From Nemertoderma westbladi (taxonomy: Eukaryota; Animalia; Xenacoelomorpha): a DNA stretch of 64,000 nt. The DNA lies in NCBI GenBank assembly GCA_032718475.1, contig JAUCBJ010001100.1:15607-79606 (forward strand). The letters are read 5' to 3'. A program made the position numbers and the translations under genes. The notes beneath the pieces are model-generated. The model was not told the origin of the DNA. It worked only from the letters and a program-made list of their open reading frames with translations, and made no database searches. Each line of letters starts with the position of its first letter. Position 1 is the first letter of the stretch. Below, piece after piece: positions 1 through 15,000 of this stretch.

Positions 1-3000
1 TGCTCCACCATTCATTCACATTATAACTGCTCCACCATTCACTCACAACTGATCCACCATTCACTCACAGTATAACTGCTCCACCATTCACTCACAACTG
101 CTCCACCATTCACTCACAGTATAACTGCTCCACCATTCATTCACAGTATAACTGATCCACCATTCACTCACAGTATAACTGCTCCACCATTCATTCACAG
201 TATAACTGCTCCACCATTCACAGTATAACTGCTCCGCCATTCACAGTATAACTGCTCCACCATTCGCAGTATAACTGCTCCACCATTCACTCACAGTATA
301 ACTGATCCACCATTCACTCACAGTATAACTGCTCCACCATTCATTCACAGTATAACTGCTCCACCATTCATTCACAGTATAACTGCTCCACCATTCACAA
401 TATAACTGCTCCGCCATTCACTCGCAGTATAACTGCTCCACCATTCATTCACAGAATAACTGATCCACCATTCACTCACAGTATAACTGCTCCACCATTC
501 ATTCACAGTATAACTGCTCCACCATTCATTCACAGTATAACTGCTCCACCATTCACAATATAACTGCTCCACCATTCACTCGCAGTATAACTGCTCCACC
601 ATTCGCTCACAGTATAACTGCTCCACCATTCACTCACAGTATAACTGCTCCACCATTCGCAGTATAACTGCTCCACCATTCATAGTATAACTGATCCACC
701 ATTCACAGTATAACTGCTCTGCCATTCACAGTATAACTGCTCCGCCATTCGCAGTATAACTGCTCCACCATTTGCAGTATAACTGCTCCACCATTCATAG
801 TATAACTGATCCACCATTCACTCGCAGTATAACTGCTCCACCATTCACTCGCAGTATAACTGCTCCACCACTCACAATATACTGCTCCACTATTCACTCG
901 CAGTATAACTGCTCCACCATTCATTCACAGTATAACTGCTCCACCATTCACTCACAACTGCTCCACCATTCACTCACAGTATAACTGCTCCACCATTCAT
1001 TCACAGTATAACTGATCCACCATTCACAGTATAACTGTTCCACCATTCATTCACAGTATAACTGCTCCACCATTCACTCACAGTATAACTGCTCCACCAT
1101 TCATTCACAGTATAACTGCTCCACCATTCACTCACAACTGCTCCACCATTCACTCACAGTATAACTGCTCCACCATTCATTCACAGTATAACTGCTCCAC
1201 CATTCACAATATAACTGCTCCACCATTCACTCGCAGTATAACTGTTCCACCATTCACTCACAGTATAACTGCTCCACCATTCACTCGCAGTATAACTGCT
1301 CCACCATTCACTCACAGTATAACTGCTCCACCATTCGCAGTATAACTGCTCCACCATTCATAGTATAACTGATCCACCATTCACAGTATAACTGCTCTGC
1401 CATTCACAGTATAACTGCTCCGCCATTCGCAGTATAACTGCTCCACCATTCGCAGTATAACTGCTCCACCATTCACTCACAGTATAACTGCTCCACCATT
1501 CACTCACAGTATAACTGCTCCACCATTTACTCACAGTATAACTGCTCCACCATTCACTCACAGTATAACTGCTCCACCATTCACTCACAGTATAACTGCT
1601 CCACCATTCGCAGTATAACTGCTCCACCATTCACAGTATAACTGTTCCACCATTCATAGTATAACTCATCCACCACTCACAGTATAACTGCTCCGCCATT
1701 CGCAGTATATCTGCTCCGCCATTCGCAGTATAACTGCTCCACCATTCGCAGTATAACTGCTCCACCATTCACTCACAGTATAACTGCTCCACCATTCACT
1801 CACAGTATAACTGCTCCACCATTCACTCACAGTATAACTGCTCCACCATTCACTCGCAGTATAACTGCTCCACCATTCACTCGCAGTATAACTGCTCCAC
1901 CATTCGCAGTATAACTGCTCCACCATTCACAGTATAACTGCTCCACCATTCACAGTATAACTGCTCCACCATTCACTCACAGTATAACTGCTCCACCATT
2001 CACAGTATAACTGCTCCACCATTCACTCACAGTATAACTGCTCCACCATTCACTCACAGTATAACTGCTCCACCATTCACTCGCAGTATAACTGCTCCAC
2101 CATTCACTCACAGTATAACTGCTCCACCATTCACTCACAGTATAACTGCTCCGCCATTCACTCGCAGTATAACTGCTCCACCATTCACTCACAGTATAAC
2201 TGCTCCGCCATTCGCAGTATAACTGCTCCGCCATTCGCAGTATAACTGCTCCGCCATTCGCATTATAACTGCTCCACCATTCGCAGTATAACTGCTCTAC
2301 CATTCACTCACAGTATAACTGCTCCACCATTCACTCACAGTATAACTGCTCCACCATTCACTCGCAGTATAACTGCTCCACCATTCACTCGCAGTATAAC
2401 TGCTGCACCATTCGCAGTATAACTGCTCCACCATTCACTCCCAGTATAACTGCTCCACCATTCACTCACAGTATAACTGCTCCACTATTCACTCGCAGTA
2501 TAACTGCTCCACCATTCACTCGCAGTATAACTGCTCCACCATTCGCAGTATAACCGCTCCACCATTCACTCACAGTATAACTGCTCCACCATTCACTCAC
2601 AGTATAACTGCTCCACCATTCACTCACAGTATAACTGCTCCGCCATTCGCAGTATAACTGCTCCGCCATTCGCAGTATAACTGCTCCGCCATTCGCATTA
2701 TAACTGCTCCACCATTCGCAGTATAACTGCTCCACCATTCACTCACAGTATAACTGCTCCACCATTCACTCACAGTATAACTGCTCCACCATTCACTCAC
2801 AGTATAACTGCTCCACCATTCACAGTATAACTGCTCCACCATTCACTCACAGTATAACTGCTCCACCATTCACTCACAGTATAGCTGCTCCACCATTCAT
2901 TCACAGTATAACTGCTCCACCATTCGCTCACAGTATAACTGTTCCACCATTCACTCACAGTATAACTGCTCCACCATTCACAGTATAACTGCTCCACCAT

Positions 3001-6000
3001 TCACTCACAGTATAACTGCTCCACCATTCACTCACAGTATAGCTGCTCCACCATTCACTCACAGTATAACTGCTCCACCATTCACTCACAGTATAACTGC
3101 TCCACCATTCACTCACAGTATAACTGCTCCACCATTCACTCACAGTATAACTGCTCCACCATTCATAGTATAACTGCTCCACCATTCACAGTATAACTGC
3201 TCCACCATTCACTCACAGTATAACTGCTCCACCATTCACTCACAGTATAACTGCTCCACCATTCATAGTATAACTGCTCCACCATTCATTCACAGTATAA
3301 CTGCTCCACCATTCACAATATAACTGATCCACCATTCACTCGCAGTATAACTGCTCCACCATTCACTCACAGTATAACTGCTCCACCATTCACTCACAGT
3401 ATAACTGCTCCACCATTCACTCGCAGTATAACTGCTCCACCATTCACTCGCAGTATAACTGCTCCACCATTCGCAGTATAACTGCTCCACCATTCACTCA
3501 CAGTATAACTGCTCCACCATTCACTCACAGTATAACTGCTCCACCATTCACTCGCAGTATAACTGCTCCACCATTCGCAGTATAACTGCTCCACCATTCA
3601 CTCACAGTATAACTGCTCCACCATTCACTCACAGTATAACTGCTCCACCATTCACTCACAGTATAACTGCTCCGCCATTCGCAGTATAACTGCTCCGCCA
3701 TTCGCAGTATAACTGCTCCGCCATTCGCATTATAACTGCTCCACCATTCGCAGTATAACTGCTCCACCATTCACTCACAGTATAACTGCTCCACCATTCA
3801 CTCACAGTATAACTGCTCCACCATTCACAGTATAACTGCTCCACCATTCACTCACAGTATAACTGCTCCACCATTCACTCACAGTATAACTGCTCCACCA
3901 TTCATTCACAGTATTAACTGCTCCACCATTCGCTCACAGTATAACTGCTCCACCATTCACTCGCAGTATAACTGCTCCACCATTCACTCACAGTATAACT
4001 GCTCCACCATTCACTCACAGTATAACTGCTCCACCATTCACTCACAGTATAACTGCTCCACCATTCACTCACAGTATAACTGCTCCACCATTCATAGTAT
4101 AACTGCTCCACCATTCACTCGCAGTATAACTGCTCCACCATTCACTCACAGTATAACTGCTCCACCATTCATAGTATAACTGCTCCACCATTCACAGTAT
4201 AACTGCTCCACCATTCACTCACAGTATAACTGCTCCACCATTCACTCACAGTATAACTGCTCCACCATTCATAGTATAACTGCTCCACCATTCATTCACA
4301 GTATAACTGCTCCACCATTCACAATATAACTGCTCCACCATTCACTCGCAGTATAACTGCTCCACCATTCACTCACAGTATAACTGCTCCACCATTCACT
4401 CACAGTATAACTGCTCCACCATTCACTCACAATATAACTGCTCCACCATTCGCAGTATAACTGCTCCACCATTCATAGTATATCTCATCCACCATTCACA
4501 GTATAACTGCTCCGCCATTCGCAGTATAACTGCTCCGCCATTCGCAGTATAACTGCTCCGCCATTCGCAGTATAACTGCTCCGCCATTCGCAGTATAACT
4601 GCTCCACCATTCGCAGTATAACTGCTCCACCATTCACTCGCAGTATAACTGCTCCGCCATTCACAGTATAACTGCTCCACCACTCACAGTATAACTGCTC
4701 CGCCATTCACAGTATAACTGCTCCGCCATTCACAGTATAACTGCTCCACCATTCACAGTATAACTGCTCCACCACTCACAGTATAACTGCTCCGCCATTC
4801 ACAGTATAACTGCTCCACCATTCGCTGTATAACTGCTCCACCATTCACAGTATAACTGCTCCGCCATTCACTCACAGTATAACTGCTCCACCATTCACAG
4901 TATAACTGCTCCACCATTCATAGTATAACTGATCCACCATTCACAGTATAACTGCTCCGCCATTCGCTGTATAACTGCTCCACCATTCATAGTATATCTC
5001 ATCCACCATTCACAGTATAACTGCTCCGCCATTCGCTGTATAACTGCTCCACCATTCGCAGTATAACTGCTCCACCATTCACTCACAGTATAACTGCTCC
5101 GCCATTCACAGTATAACTGCTCCACCACTCACAGTATAACTGCTCCGCCATTCACAGTATAACTGCTCCGCCATTCACAGTATAACTGCTCCACCATTCA
5201 TAGTATAACTGATCCACCATTCACAGTATAACTGCTCCGCCATTCGCTGTATAACTGCTCCACCATTCATAGTATATCTCATCCACCATTCACAGTATAA
5301 CTGCTCCGCCATTCGCTGTATAACTGCTCCACCATTCGCAGTATAACTGCTCCACCATTCACTCACAGTATAACTGCTCCGCCATTCACAGTATAACTGC
5401 TCCACCACTCACAGTATAACTGCTCCGCCATTCACAGTATAACTGCTCCGCCATTCACAGTATAACTGCTCCGCCATTCACAGTATAACTGCTCCACCAT
5501 TCACAGTATAACTGCTCCGCCATTCATAGTATAACTGCTCCGCCATTCGCTGTATAACTGCTCCACCATTCGCAGTATAACTGCTCCACCATTCACTCAC
5601 AGTATAACTGCTCCGCCATTCACAGTATAACTGCTCCACCACTCACAGTATAACTGCTCCGCCATTCACAGTATAACTGCTCCGCCATTCACAGTATAAC
5701 TGCTCCGCCATTCACAGTATAACTGCTCCACCATCTCACAGTATAACTGCTCCGCCATTCACAGTATAACTGCTCCGCCATTCGCAGTATAACTGCTCCA
5801 CCATTCGCAGTATAACTGCTCCACCATTCACTCACAGTATAACTGCTCCGCCATTCACAGTATAACTGCTCCGCCATTCATAGTATAACTGCTCCACCAT
5901 TCACAGTATAACTGCTCCGCCATTCACAGTATAACTGCTCCACCATTCGCAGTATAACTGTTCCACCATTCACTCACAGTATAACTGCTCCGCCATTCAC

Positions 6001-9000
6001 AGTATAACTGCTCCACCACTCACAGTATAACTGCTCCGCCATTCACAGTATAACTGCTCCACCATTCACTCACAGTATAACTGCTCCGCCATTCACAGTA
6101 TAACTGCTCCACCATTCACAGTATAACTGCTCCGCCATTCACAGTATAACTGCTCCACCATTCACAGTATAACTGCTCCACCATTCACAGTATAACTGCT
6201 CCACCATTCCTCACAGTATAACTGCTCCGCCATTCACAGTATAACTGCTCCGCCATTCATAGTATAACTGCTCCACCATTCACAGTATAACTGCTCCGCC
6301 ATTCGCAGTATAACTGCTCCACCATTCGCAGTATAACTGCTCCGCCATTCACAGTATAACTGCTCCGCCATTCATAGTATAACTGCTCCACCATTCACAG
6401 TATAACTGCTCCGCCATTCGCAGTATAACTGCTCCACCATTCACAGTATAACTGCTCCGCCATTCGCAGTATAACTGCTCCGCCATTCACAGTATAACTG
6501 CTCCACCATTCACAGTATAACTGCTCCGCCATTCGCTGTATAACTGCTCCGCCATTCACAGTATAACTGCTCCACCATTCACTCACAGTATAACTGCTCC
6601 ACCATTCGCAGTATAACTGCTCCGCCATTCACAGTATAACTGCTCCACCATTCACAGTATAACTGCTCCGCCATTCGCTGTATAACTGCTCCTCCATTCA
6701 CAGTATAACTGCTCCACCATTCACTCGCAGTATAACTGCTCCACCATTCACAGTATAACTGCTCCACCATTCACTCACAGTATAACTGCTCCACCATTCG
6801 CAGTATAACTGCTCCACCATTCACTCACAGTATAACTGCTCCACCATTCACAGTATAACTGCTCCACCATTCACTCGCAGTATAACTGCTCCACCATTCA
6901 CAGTATAACTGCTCCACCATTCACTCACAGTATAACTGCTCCACCATTCGCAGTATAACTGCTCCACCATTCACTCACAGTATAACTGCTCCACCATTCG
7001 CAGTATAACTGCTCCACCATTCACTCACAGTATAACTGCTCCACCATTCACAGTATAACTGCTCCACCATTCACTCACAGTATAACTGCTCCACCATTCA
7101 CAGTATAACTGCTCCACCATTCACTCACAGTATAACTGCTCCACCATTCGCAGTATAACTGCTCCGCCATTCACAGTATAACTGCTCCACCATTCATAGT
7201 ATAACTGCTCCACCATTCACAGTATAACTGCTCCGCCATTCGCTGTATAACTGCTCCGCCATTCACTCACAGTATAACTGCTCCGCCATTCACAGTATAA
7301 CTGCTCCACCATTCACTCACAGTATAACTGCTCCGCCATTCACAGTATAACTGCTCCACCATTCACAGTATAACTGCTCCGCCATTCGCTGTATAACTGC
7401 TCCGCCATTCACAGTATAACTGGTCCACCATTCATAGTATAACTGCTCCACCATTCGCAGTATAACTGTTCCACCATTCACTCACAGTATAACTGCTCCG
7501 CCATTCACAGTATAACTGCTCCACCACTCACAGTGTAACTGCTCCACCATTCACAGTATAACTGCTCCGCCATTCACAGTATAACTGCTCCACCATTCAC
7601 AGTATAACTGCTCCACCATTCATAGTATAACTCATCCACCATTCACAGTATAACTGCTCCACCATTCACTCACAGTATAACTGCTCCGCCATTCACAGTA
7701 TAACTGCTCCACCACTCACAGTGTAACTGCTCCGCCATTCACAGTATAACTGCTCCACCATTCATAGTATAACTCATCCACCATTCACAGTATAACTGCT
7801 CCACCATTCACAGTATAACTGCTCCGCCATTCATAGTATAACTGCTCCACCATTCACAGTATAACTGCTCCACCATTCACAGTATAACTGCTCCGCCATT
7901 CATAGTATAACTGCTCCACCATTCGCAGTATAACTGCTCCGCCATTCTCCGCCATTCATAGTATAACTGATCCACCATTCACAGTATAACTGCTCCACCA
8001 TTCACAGTATAACTGCTCCGCCATTCGCTTGCTCCACCATTCACAGTATAACTGCTCCGCCATTCGCTGTATAACTGCTCCGCCATTCGCAGTATAACTG
8101 CTCCACCATTCGCAGTATAACTGCTCCGCCATTCACATTATAACTGCTCCACCATTCACTCACAACTGCTCCACCATTCACTCACAGTATAACTGGTCCA
8201 CCATTCATAGTATAACTGCTCCACCATTCGCAGTATAACTGTTCCGCCATTCACAGTATAACTGCTCCACCATTCACAGTATAACTGCTCCGCCATTCAC
8301 ATTATAACTGCTCCACCATTCACTCACAACTGCTCCACCATTCACTCACAGTATAACTGCTCCACCATTCATAGTATAACTGCTCCACCATTCGCAGTAT
8401 AACTGTTCCACCATTCACTCACAGTATAACTGCTCCGCCATTCACAGTATAACTGCTCCACCACTCACAGTGTAACTGCTCCGCCATTCACAGTATAACT
8501 GCTCCACCATTCACAGTATAACTGCTCCGCCATTCACATTATAACTGCTCCACCATTCACTCACAACTGCTCCACCATTCACTCACAGTATAACTGCTCC
8601 ACCATTCATAGTATAACTGCTCCACCATTCGCAGTATAACTGTTCCACCATTCACTCACAGTATAACTGCTCCGCCATTCACAGTATAACTGCTCCACCA
8701 CTCACAGTATAACTGCTCCACCATTCATAGTATATCTCATCCACCATTCACAGTATAACTGCTCCACCATTCACTCACAACTGCTCCACCATTCACTCAC
8801 AGTATAACTGCTCAACCATTCACAGTATAACTGTTCCACCATTCGCAGTATAACTGCTCCACCATTCATAGTATAACTGCTCCGCCATTCATAGTATAAC
8901 TGCTCCACCACTCACAGTATAACTGCTCCACCATTCATAGTATATCTCATCCACCATTCACAGTATAACTGCTCCACCATTCACTCACAACTGCTCCACC

Positions 9001-12000
9001 ATTCACTCACAGTATAACTGCTCAACCATTCACAGTATAACTGCTCCACCATTCATAGTATAACTGCTCCGCCATTCACAGTATAACTGCTCCACCATTC
9101 ACTCACAGTATAACTGCTCCACCATTCACTCACAGTATAACTGCTCCACCATTCACTCACAGTATAACTGCTCCACCATTCACTCACAGTATAACTGCTC
9201 CACCATTCGCAGTATAACTGCTCCACCATTCATTCACAGTATAACTGCTCCACCATTCACTCACAACTGCTCCACCATTCACTCACAGTATAACTGCTCA
9301 ACCATTCACAGTATAACTGTTCCACCATTCGCAGTATAACTGCTCCACCATTCATAGTATAACTGCTCCGCCATTCATAGTATAACTGCTCCACCACTCA
9401 CAGTATAACTGCTCCACCATTCATAGTATATCTCATCCACCATTCACAGTATAACTGCTCCACCATTCACTCACAACTGCTCCACCATTCACTCACAGTA
9501 TAACTGCTCAACCATTCACAGTATAACTGCTCCACCATTCATAGTATAACTGCTCCGCCATTCACAGTATAACTGCTCCACCATTCACTCACAGTATAAC
9601 TGCTCCACCATTCACTCACAGTATAACTGCTCCACCATTCACTCACAGTATAACTGCTCCACCATTCACTCACAGTATAACTGCTGCACCATTCGCAGTA
9701 TAACTGCTCCACCATTCATTCACAGTATAACTGCTCCACCACTCACAGTATAACTGTTCCACCATTCATTCACAGTATAACTGCTCAGCCATTCACAGTA
9801 TAACTGCTCAACCACTCACAGTATAACTGCTCCACCATTCACTCACAGTATAACTGCTCCACCATTCGCAGTATAACTGCTCCACCATTCATTCACAGTA
9901 TAACTGCTCCACCATTCACAGTATAACTGTTCCACCATTCACTCACAGTATAACTGTTCCACCATTCGCAGTATAACTGCTCCACCATTCATAGTATAAC
10001 TGCTCCGCCATTCATAGTATAACTGCTCCACCACTCACAGTATAACTGCTCCACCATTCATAGTATATCTCATCCACCATTCACAGTATAACTGCTCCAC
10101 CATTCACTCACAACTGCTCCACCATTCACTCACAGTATAACTGCTCCACCATTCATAGTATAACTGCTCCGCCATTCATAGTATAACTGCTCCACCATTC
10201 ACAGTATAACTGCTCCACCATTCACAGTATAACTGCTCCACCATTCACTCACAGTATAACTGCTCCACCATTCACTCACAGTATAACTGCTCCACCATTC
10301 GCAGTATAACTGCTCCACCATTCATTCACAGTATAACTGCTCCACCATTCACAGTATAACTGCTCCACCATTCATAGTATAACTGCTCCACCATTCATAG
10401 TATAACTGCTCCGCCATTCACAGTATAACTGCTCCACCATTCACAGTATAACTGCTCCGCCATTCACTCACAGTATAACTGCTCCACCATTCACTCACAG
10501 TATAACTGCTCCACCATTCATAGTATAACTGCTCCACCATTCACTCACAGTATAACTGCTCCACCATTCACTCACAGTATAACTGCTCCACCATTCACTC
10601 ACAGTATAACTGCTCCACCATTCACTCACAGTATAACTGCTCCACCATTCGCAGTATAACTGCTCCACCATTCACTCACAGTATAACTGCTCCACCATTC
10701 ACTCACAGTATAACTGCTCCACCATTCACTCACAGTATAACTGCTCCACCATTCGCAGTATAACTGCTCCACCATTCATTCACAGTATAACTGCTCCACC
10801 ATTCACAGTATAACTGCTCCACCATTCATAGTATAACTGCTCCACCATTCACAGTATAACTGCTCCGCCATTCGCAGTATAACTGCTCCACCATTCACTC
10901 ACAGTATAACTGCTCCGCCATTCACAGTATAACTGCTCCACCACTCACAGTATAACTGCTCCGCCATTCACAGTATAACTGCTCCACCATTCACAGTATA
11001 ACTGCTCCGCCATTCACAGTATAACTGCTCCACCATTCACAGTATAACTGCTCCACCATTCACTCACAGTATAACTGCTCCACCATTCACTCACAGTATA
11101 ACTGCTCCACCATTCACTCATAGTATAACTGCTCCACCATTCATAGTATAACTGCTCCGCCATTCACAGTATAACTGCTCCACCATTCACTCACAGTATA
11201 ACTGCTCCACCATTCATAGTATAACTGCTCCACCATTCACAGTATAACTGCTCCGCCATTCACTCACAGTATAACTGCTCCGCCATTCACAGTATAACTG
11301 CTCCACCACTCACAGTATAACTGCTCCGCCATTCACAGTATAACTGCTCCACCATTCACAGTATAACTGCTCCGCCATTCATAGTATTTCTGCTCCGCCA
11401 TTCACAGTATAACTGCTCCACCATTCACTCACAGTATAACTGCTCCACCATTCATAGTATAACTGCTCCACCATTCACAGTATAACTGCTCCACCATTCA
11501 CAGTATAACTGCTCCATCATTCGCAGTATAACTGCTCCGGCATTCGCAGTATAACTGCTCCGCCATTCACAGTATAACTGCTCCGCCATTCACAGTATAA
11601 CTGCTCCACCATTCACAGTATAACTGCTCCGCCATTCATAGTATAACTGCTCCGCCATTCATAGTTTAACTGCTCCACCATTCGCAGTATAACTGCTCCG
11701 CCATTCACAGTATAACTGCTCCGCCATTCACAGTATAACTGCTCCACCACTCACAGTATAACTGCTCCACCATTCATAGTATATCTCATCCACCATTCAC
11801 AGTATAACTGCTCCACCATTCACTCACAACTGCTCCACCATTCACTCACAGTATAACTGCTCCACCATTCACTCACAGTATAACTGCTCCGCCATTCACA
11901 GTATAACTGCTCCACCATTCACTCACAGTATAACTGCTCCACCATTCATAGTATAACTGCTCCGCCATTCGCAGTATAACTGCTCCGCCATTCACAGTAT

Positions 12001-15000
12001 AACTGCTCCGCCATTCACAGTATAACTGCTCCACCATTCACAGTATAACTGCTCCGCCATTCATAGTATAACTGCTCCACCATTCATAGTATAACTGCTC
12101 CGCCATTCGCAGTATAACTGCTCCGCCATTCACAGTATAACTGCTCCACCATTCACTCACAGTATAACTGCTCCACCATTCATAGTATAACTGCTCCACC
12201 ATTCATAGTATAACTGCTCCGCCATTCATAGTTTAACTGCTCCACCATTCACAGTATAACTGCTCCGCCATTCATAGTATAACTGCTCCACCATTCATAG
12301 TATAACTGCTCCGCCATTCGCAGTATAACTGCTCCACCATTCATAGTATAACTGCTCCACCATTCATAGTATAACTGCTCCGCCATTCATAGTTTAACTG
12401 CTCCACCATTCACAGTATAACTGCTCCGCCATTCATAGTATAACTGCTCCACCATTCATAGTATAACTGCTCCGCCATTCGCAGTATAACTGCTCCGCCA
12501 TTCACAGTATAACTGCTCCACCATTCACTCACAGTATAACTGCTCCGCCATTCACAGTATAACTGCTCCGCCATTCATAGTATAACTGCTCCACCATTCA
12601 CAGTATAACTGCTCCGCCATTCATAGTATAACTGCTCCGCCATTCATAGTTTAACTGCTCCACCATTCACTCACAGTATAACTGCTCCGCCATTCACAGT
12701 ATAACTGCTCCACCATTCACAGTATAACTGCTCCGCCATTCATAGTATAACTGCTCCGCCATTCATAGTTTAACTGCTCCACCATTCACTCACAGTATAA
12801 CTGCTCCACCATTCACTCACAGTATAACTGCTCCGCCATTCACTCGCAGTATAACTGCTCCACCATTCACTCACAGTATAACTGCTCCACCATTCACTCA
12901 CAGTATAACTGCTCCGCCATTCACTCGCAGTATAACTGCTCCACCATTCACTCACAGTATAACTGCTCCACCATTCACTCACAGTATAACTGCTCCGCCA
13001 TTCACAGTATAACTGCTCCACCATTCACTCACAGTATAACTGCTCCGCCATTCACTCGCAGTATAACTGCTCCACCATTCACTCACAGTATAACTGCTCC
13101 ACCATTCACTCACAGTATAACTGCTCCACCATTCACAGTATAACTGATCCACCATTCACTCACAGTATAACTGCTCCACCATTCACTCACAGTATAACTG
13201 CTCCGCCATTCATAGTATAACTGCTCCGCCATTCATAGTATAACTGCTCCGCCATTCGCAGTATAACTGCTCCACCATTCGCAGTATAACTGCTCCACCA
13301 TTCATAGTATAACTGCTCCACCATTCACTCACAGTATAACTGCTCCACCATTCACTCACAGTATAACTGCTCCACCATTCACTCACAGTATAACTGCTCC
13401 ACCATTCGCAGTATAACTGCTCCGCCATTCACAGTATAACTGCTCCACCATTCACAGTATAACTGCTCCGCCATTCGCTGTATAACTGCTCCGCAATTCA
13501 CAGTATAACTGGTCCACCATTCATAGTATAACTGCTCCACCATTCGCAGTATAACTGTTCCACCATTCACTCACAGTATAACTGCTCCACCATTCACTCA
13601 CAGTATAACTGCTCAACCATTCATAGTATAACTGCTCCACCATTCACAGTATAACTGATCCACCATTCACTCACAGTATAACTGCTCCACCATTCACAGT
13701 ATAACTGCTCCACCACTCACAGTGTAACTGCTCCGCCATTCATAGTATAACTGCTCCGCCATTCGCAGTATAACTGCTCCACCATTCGCAGTATAACTGC
13801 TCCACCATTCATAGTATAACTGCTCCACCATTCACTCACAGTATAACTGCTCCACCATTCACTCACAGTATAACTGCTCCACCATTCACTCACAGTATAA
13901 CTGCTCCACCATTCGCAGTATAACTGCTCCGCCATTCACAGTATAACTGCTCCACCATTCACAGTATAACTGCTCCGCCATTCGCTGTATAACTGCTCCG
14001 CCATTCATAGTATAACTGCTCCGCCATTCGCAGTATAACTGCTCCACCATTCACTCACAGTATAACTGCTCCGCCATTCGCAGTATAACTGCTCCACCAT
14101 TCGCAGTATAACTGCTCCGCCATTCACTCACAGTATAACTGCTCCACCATTCACTCACAGTATAACTGCTCCGCCATTCACAGTATAACTGATCCACCAT
14201 TCACAGTATAACTGCTCCGCCATTCGCTGTATAACTGCTCCGCCATTCACAGTATAACTGGTCCACCATTCATAGTATAACTGCTCCACCATTCGCAGTA
14301 TAACTGTTCCACCATTCACTCACAGTATAACTGCTCCGCCATTCACAGTATAACTGCTCCACCACTCACAGTGTAACTGCTCCGCCATTCACAGTATAAC
14401 TGCTCCACCATTCACAGTATAACTGCTCCACCATTCATAGTATAACTCATCCACCATTCACAGTATAACTGCTCCACCATTCACAGTATAACTGCTCCGC
14501 CATTCATAGTATAACTGCTCCACCATTCGCAGTATAACTGCTCCGCCATTCATAGTATAACTGATCCACCATTCACAGTATAACTGCTCCACCATTCACA
14601 GTATAACTGCTCCGCCATTCGCTGTATAACTGCTCCGCCATTCGCAGTATAACTGCTCCACCATTCGCAGTATAACTGCTCCGCCATTCACATTATAACT
14701 GCTCCACCATTCACTCACAACTGCTCCACCATTCACTCACAGTATAACTGGTCCACCATTCATAGTATAACTGCTCCACCATTCGCAGTATAACTGTTCC
14801 ACCATTCACTCACAGTATAACTGCTCCGCCATTCACAGTATAACTGCTCCACCACTCACAGTGTAACTGCTCCGCCATTCACAGTATAACTGCTCCACCA
14901 TTCACAGTATAACTGCTCCGCCATTCACATTATAACTGCTCCACCATTCACTCACAACTGCTCCACCATTCACTCACAGTATAACTGCTCCACCATTCAT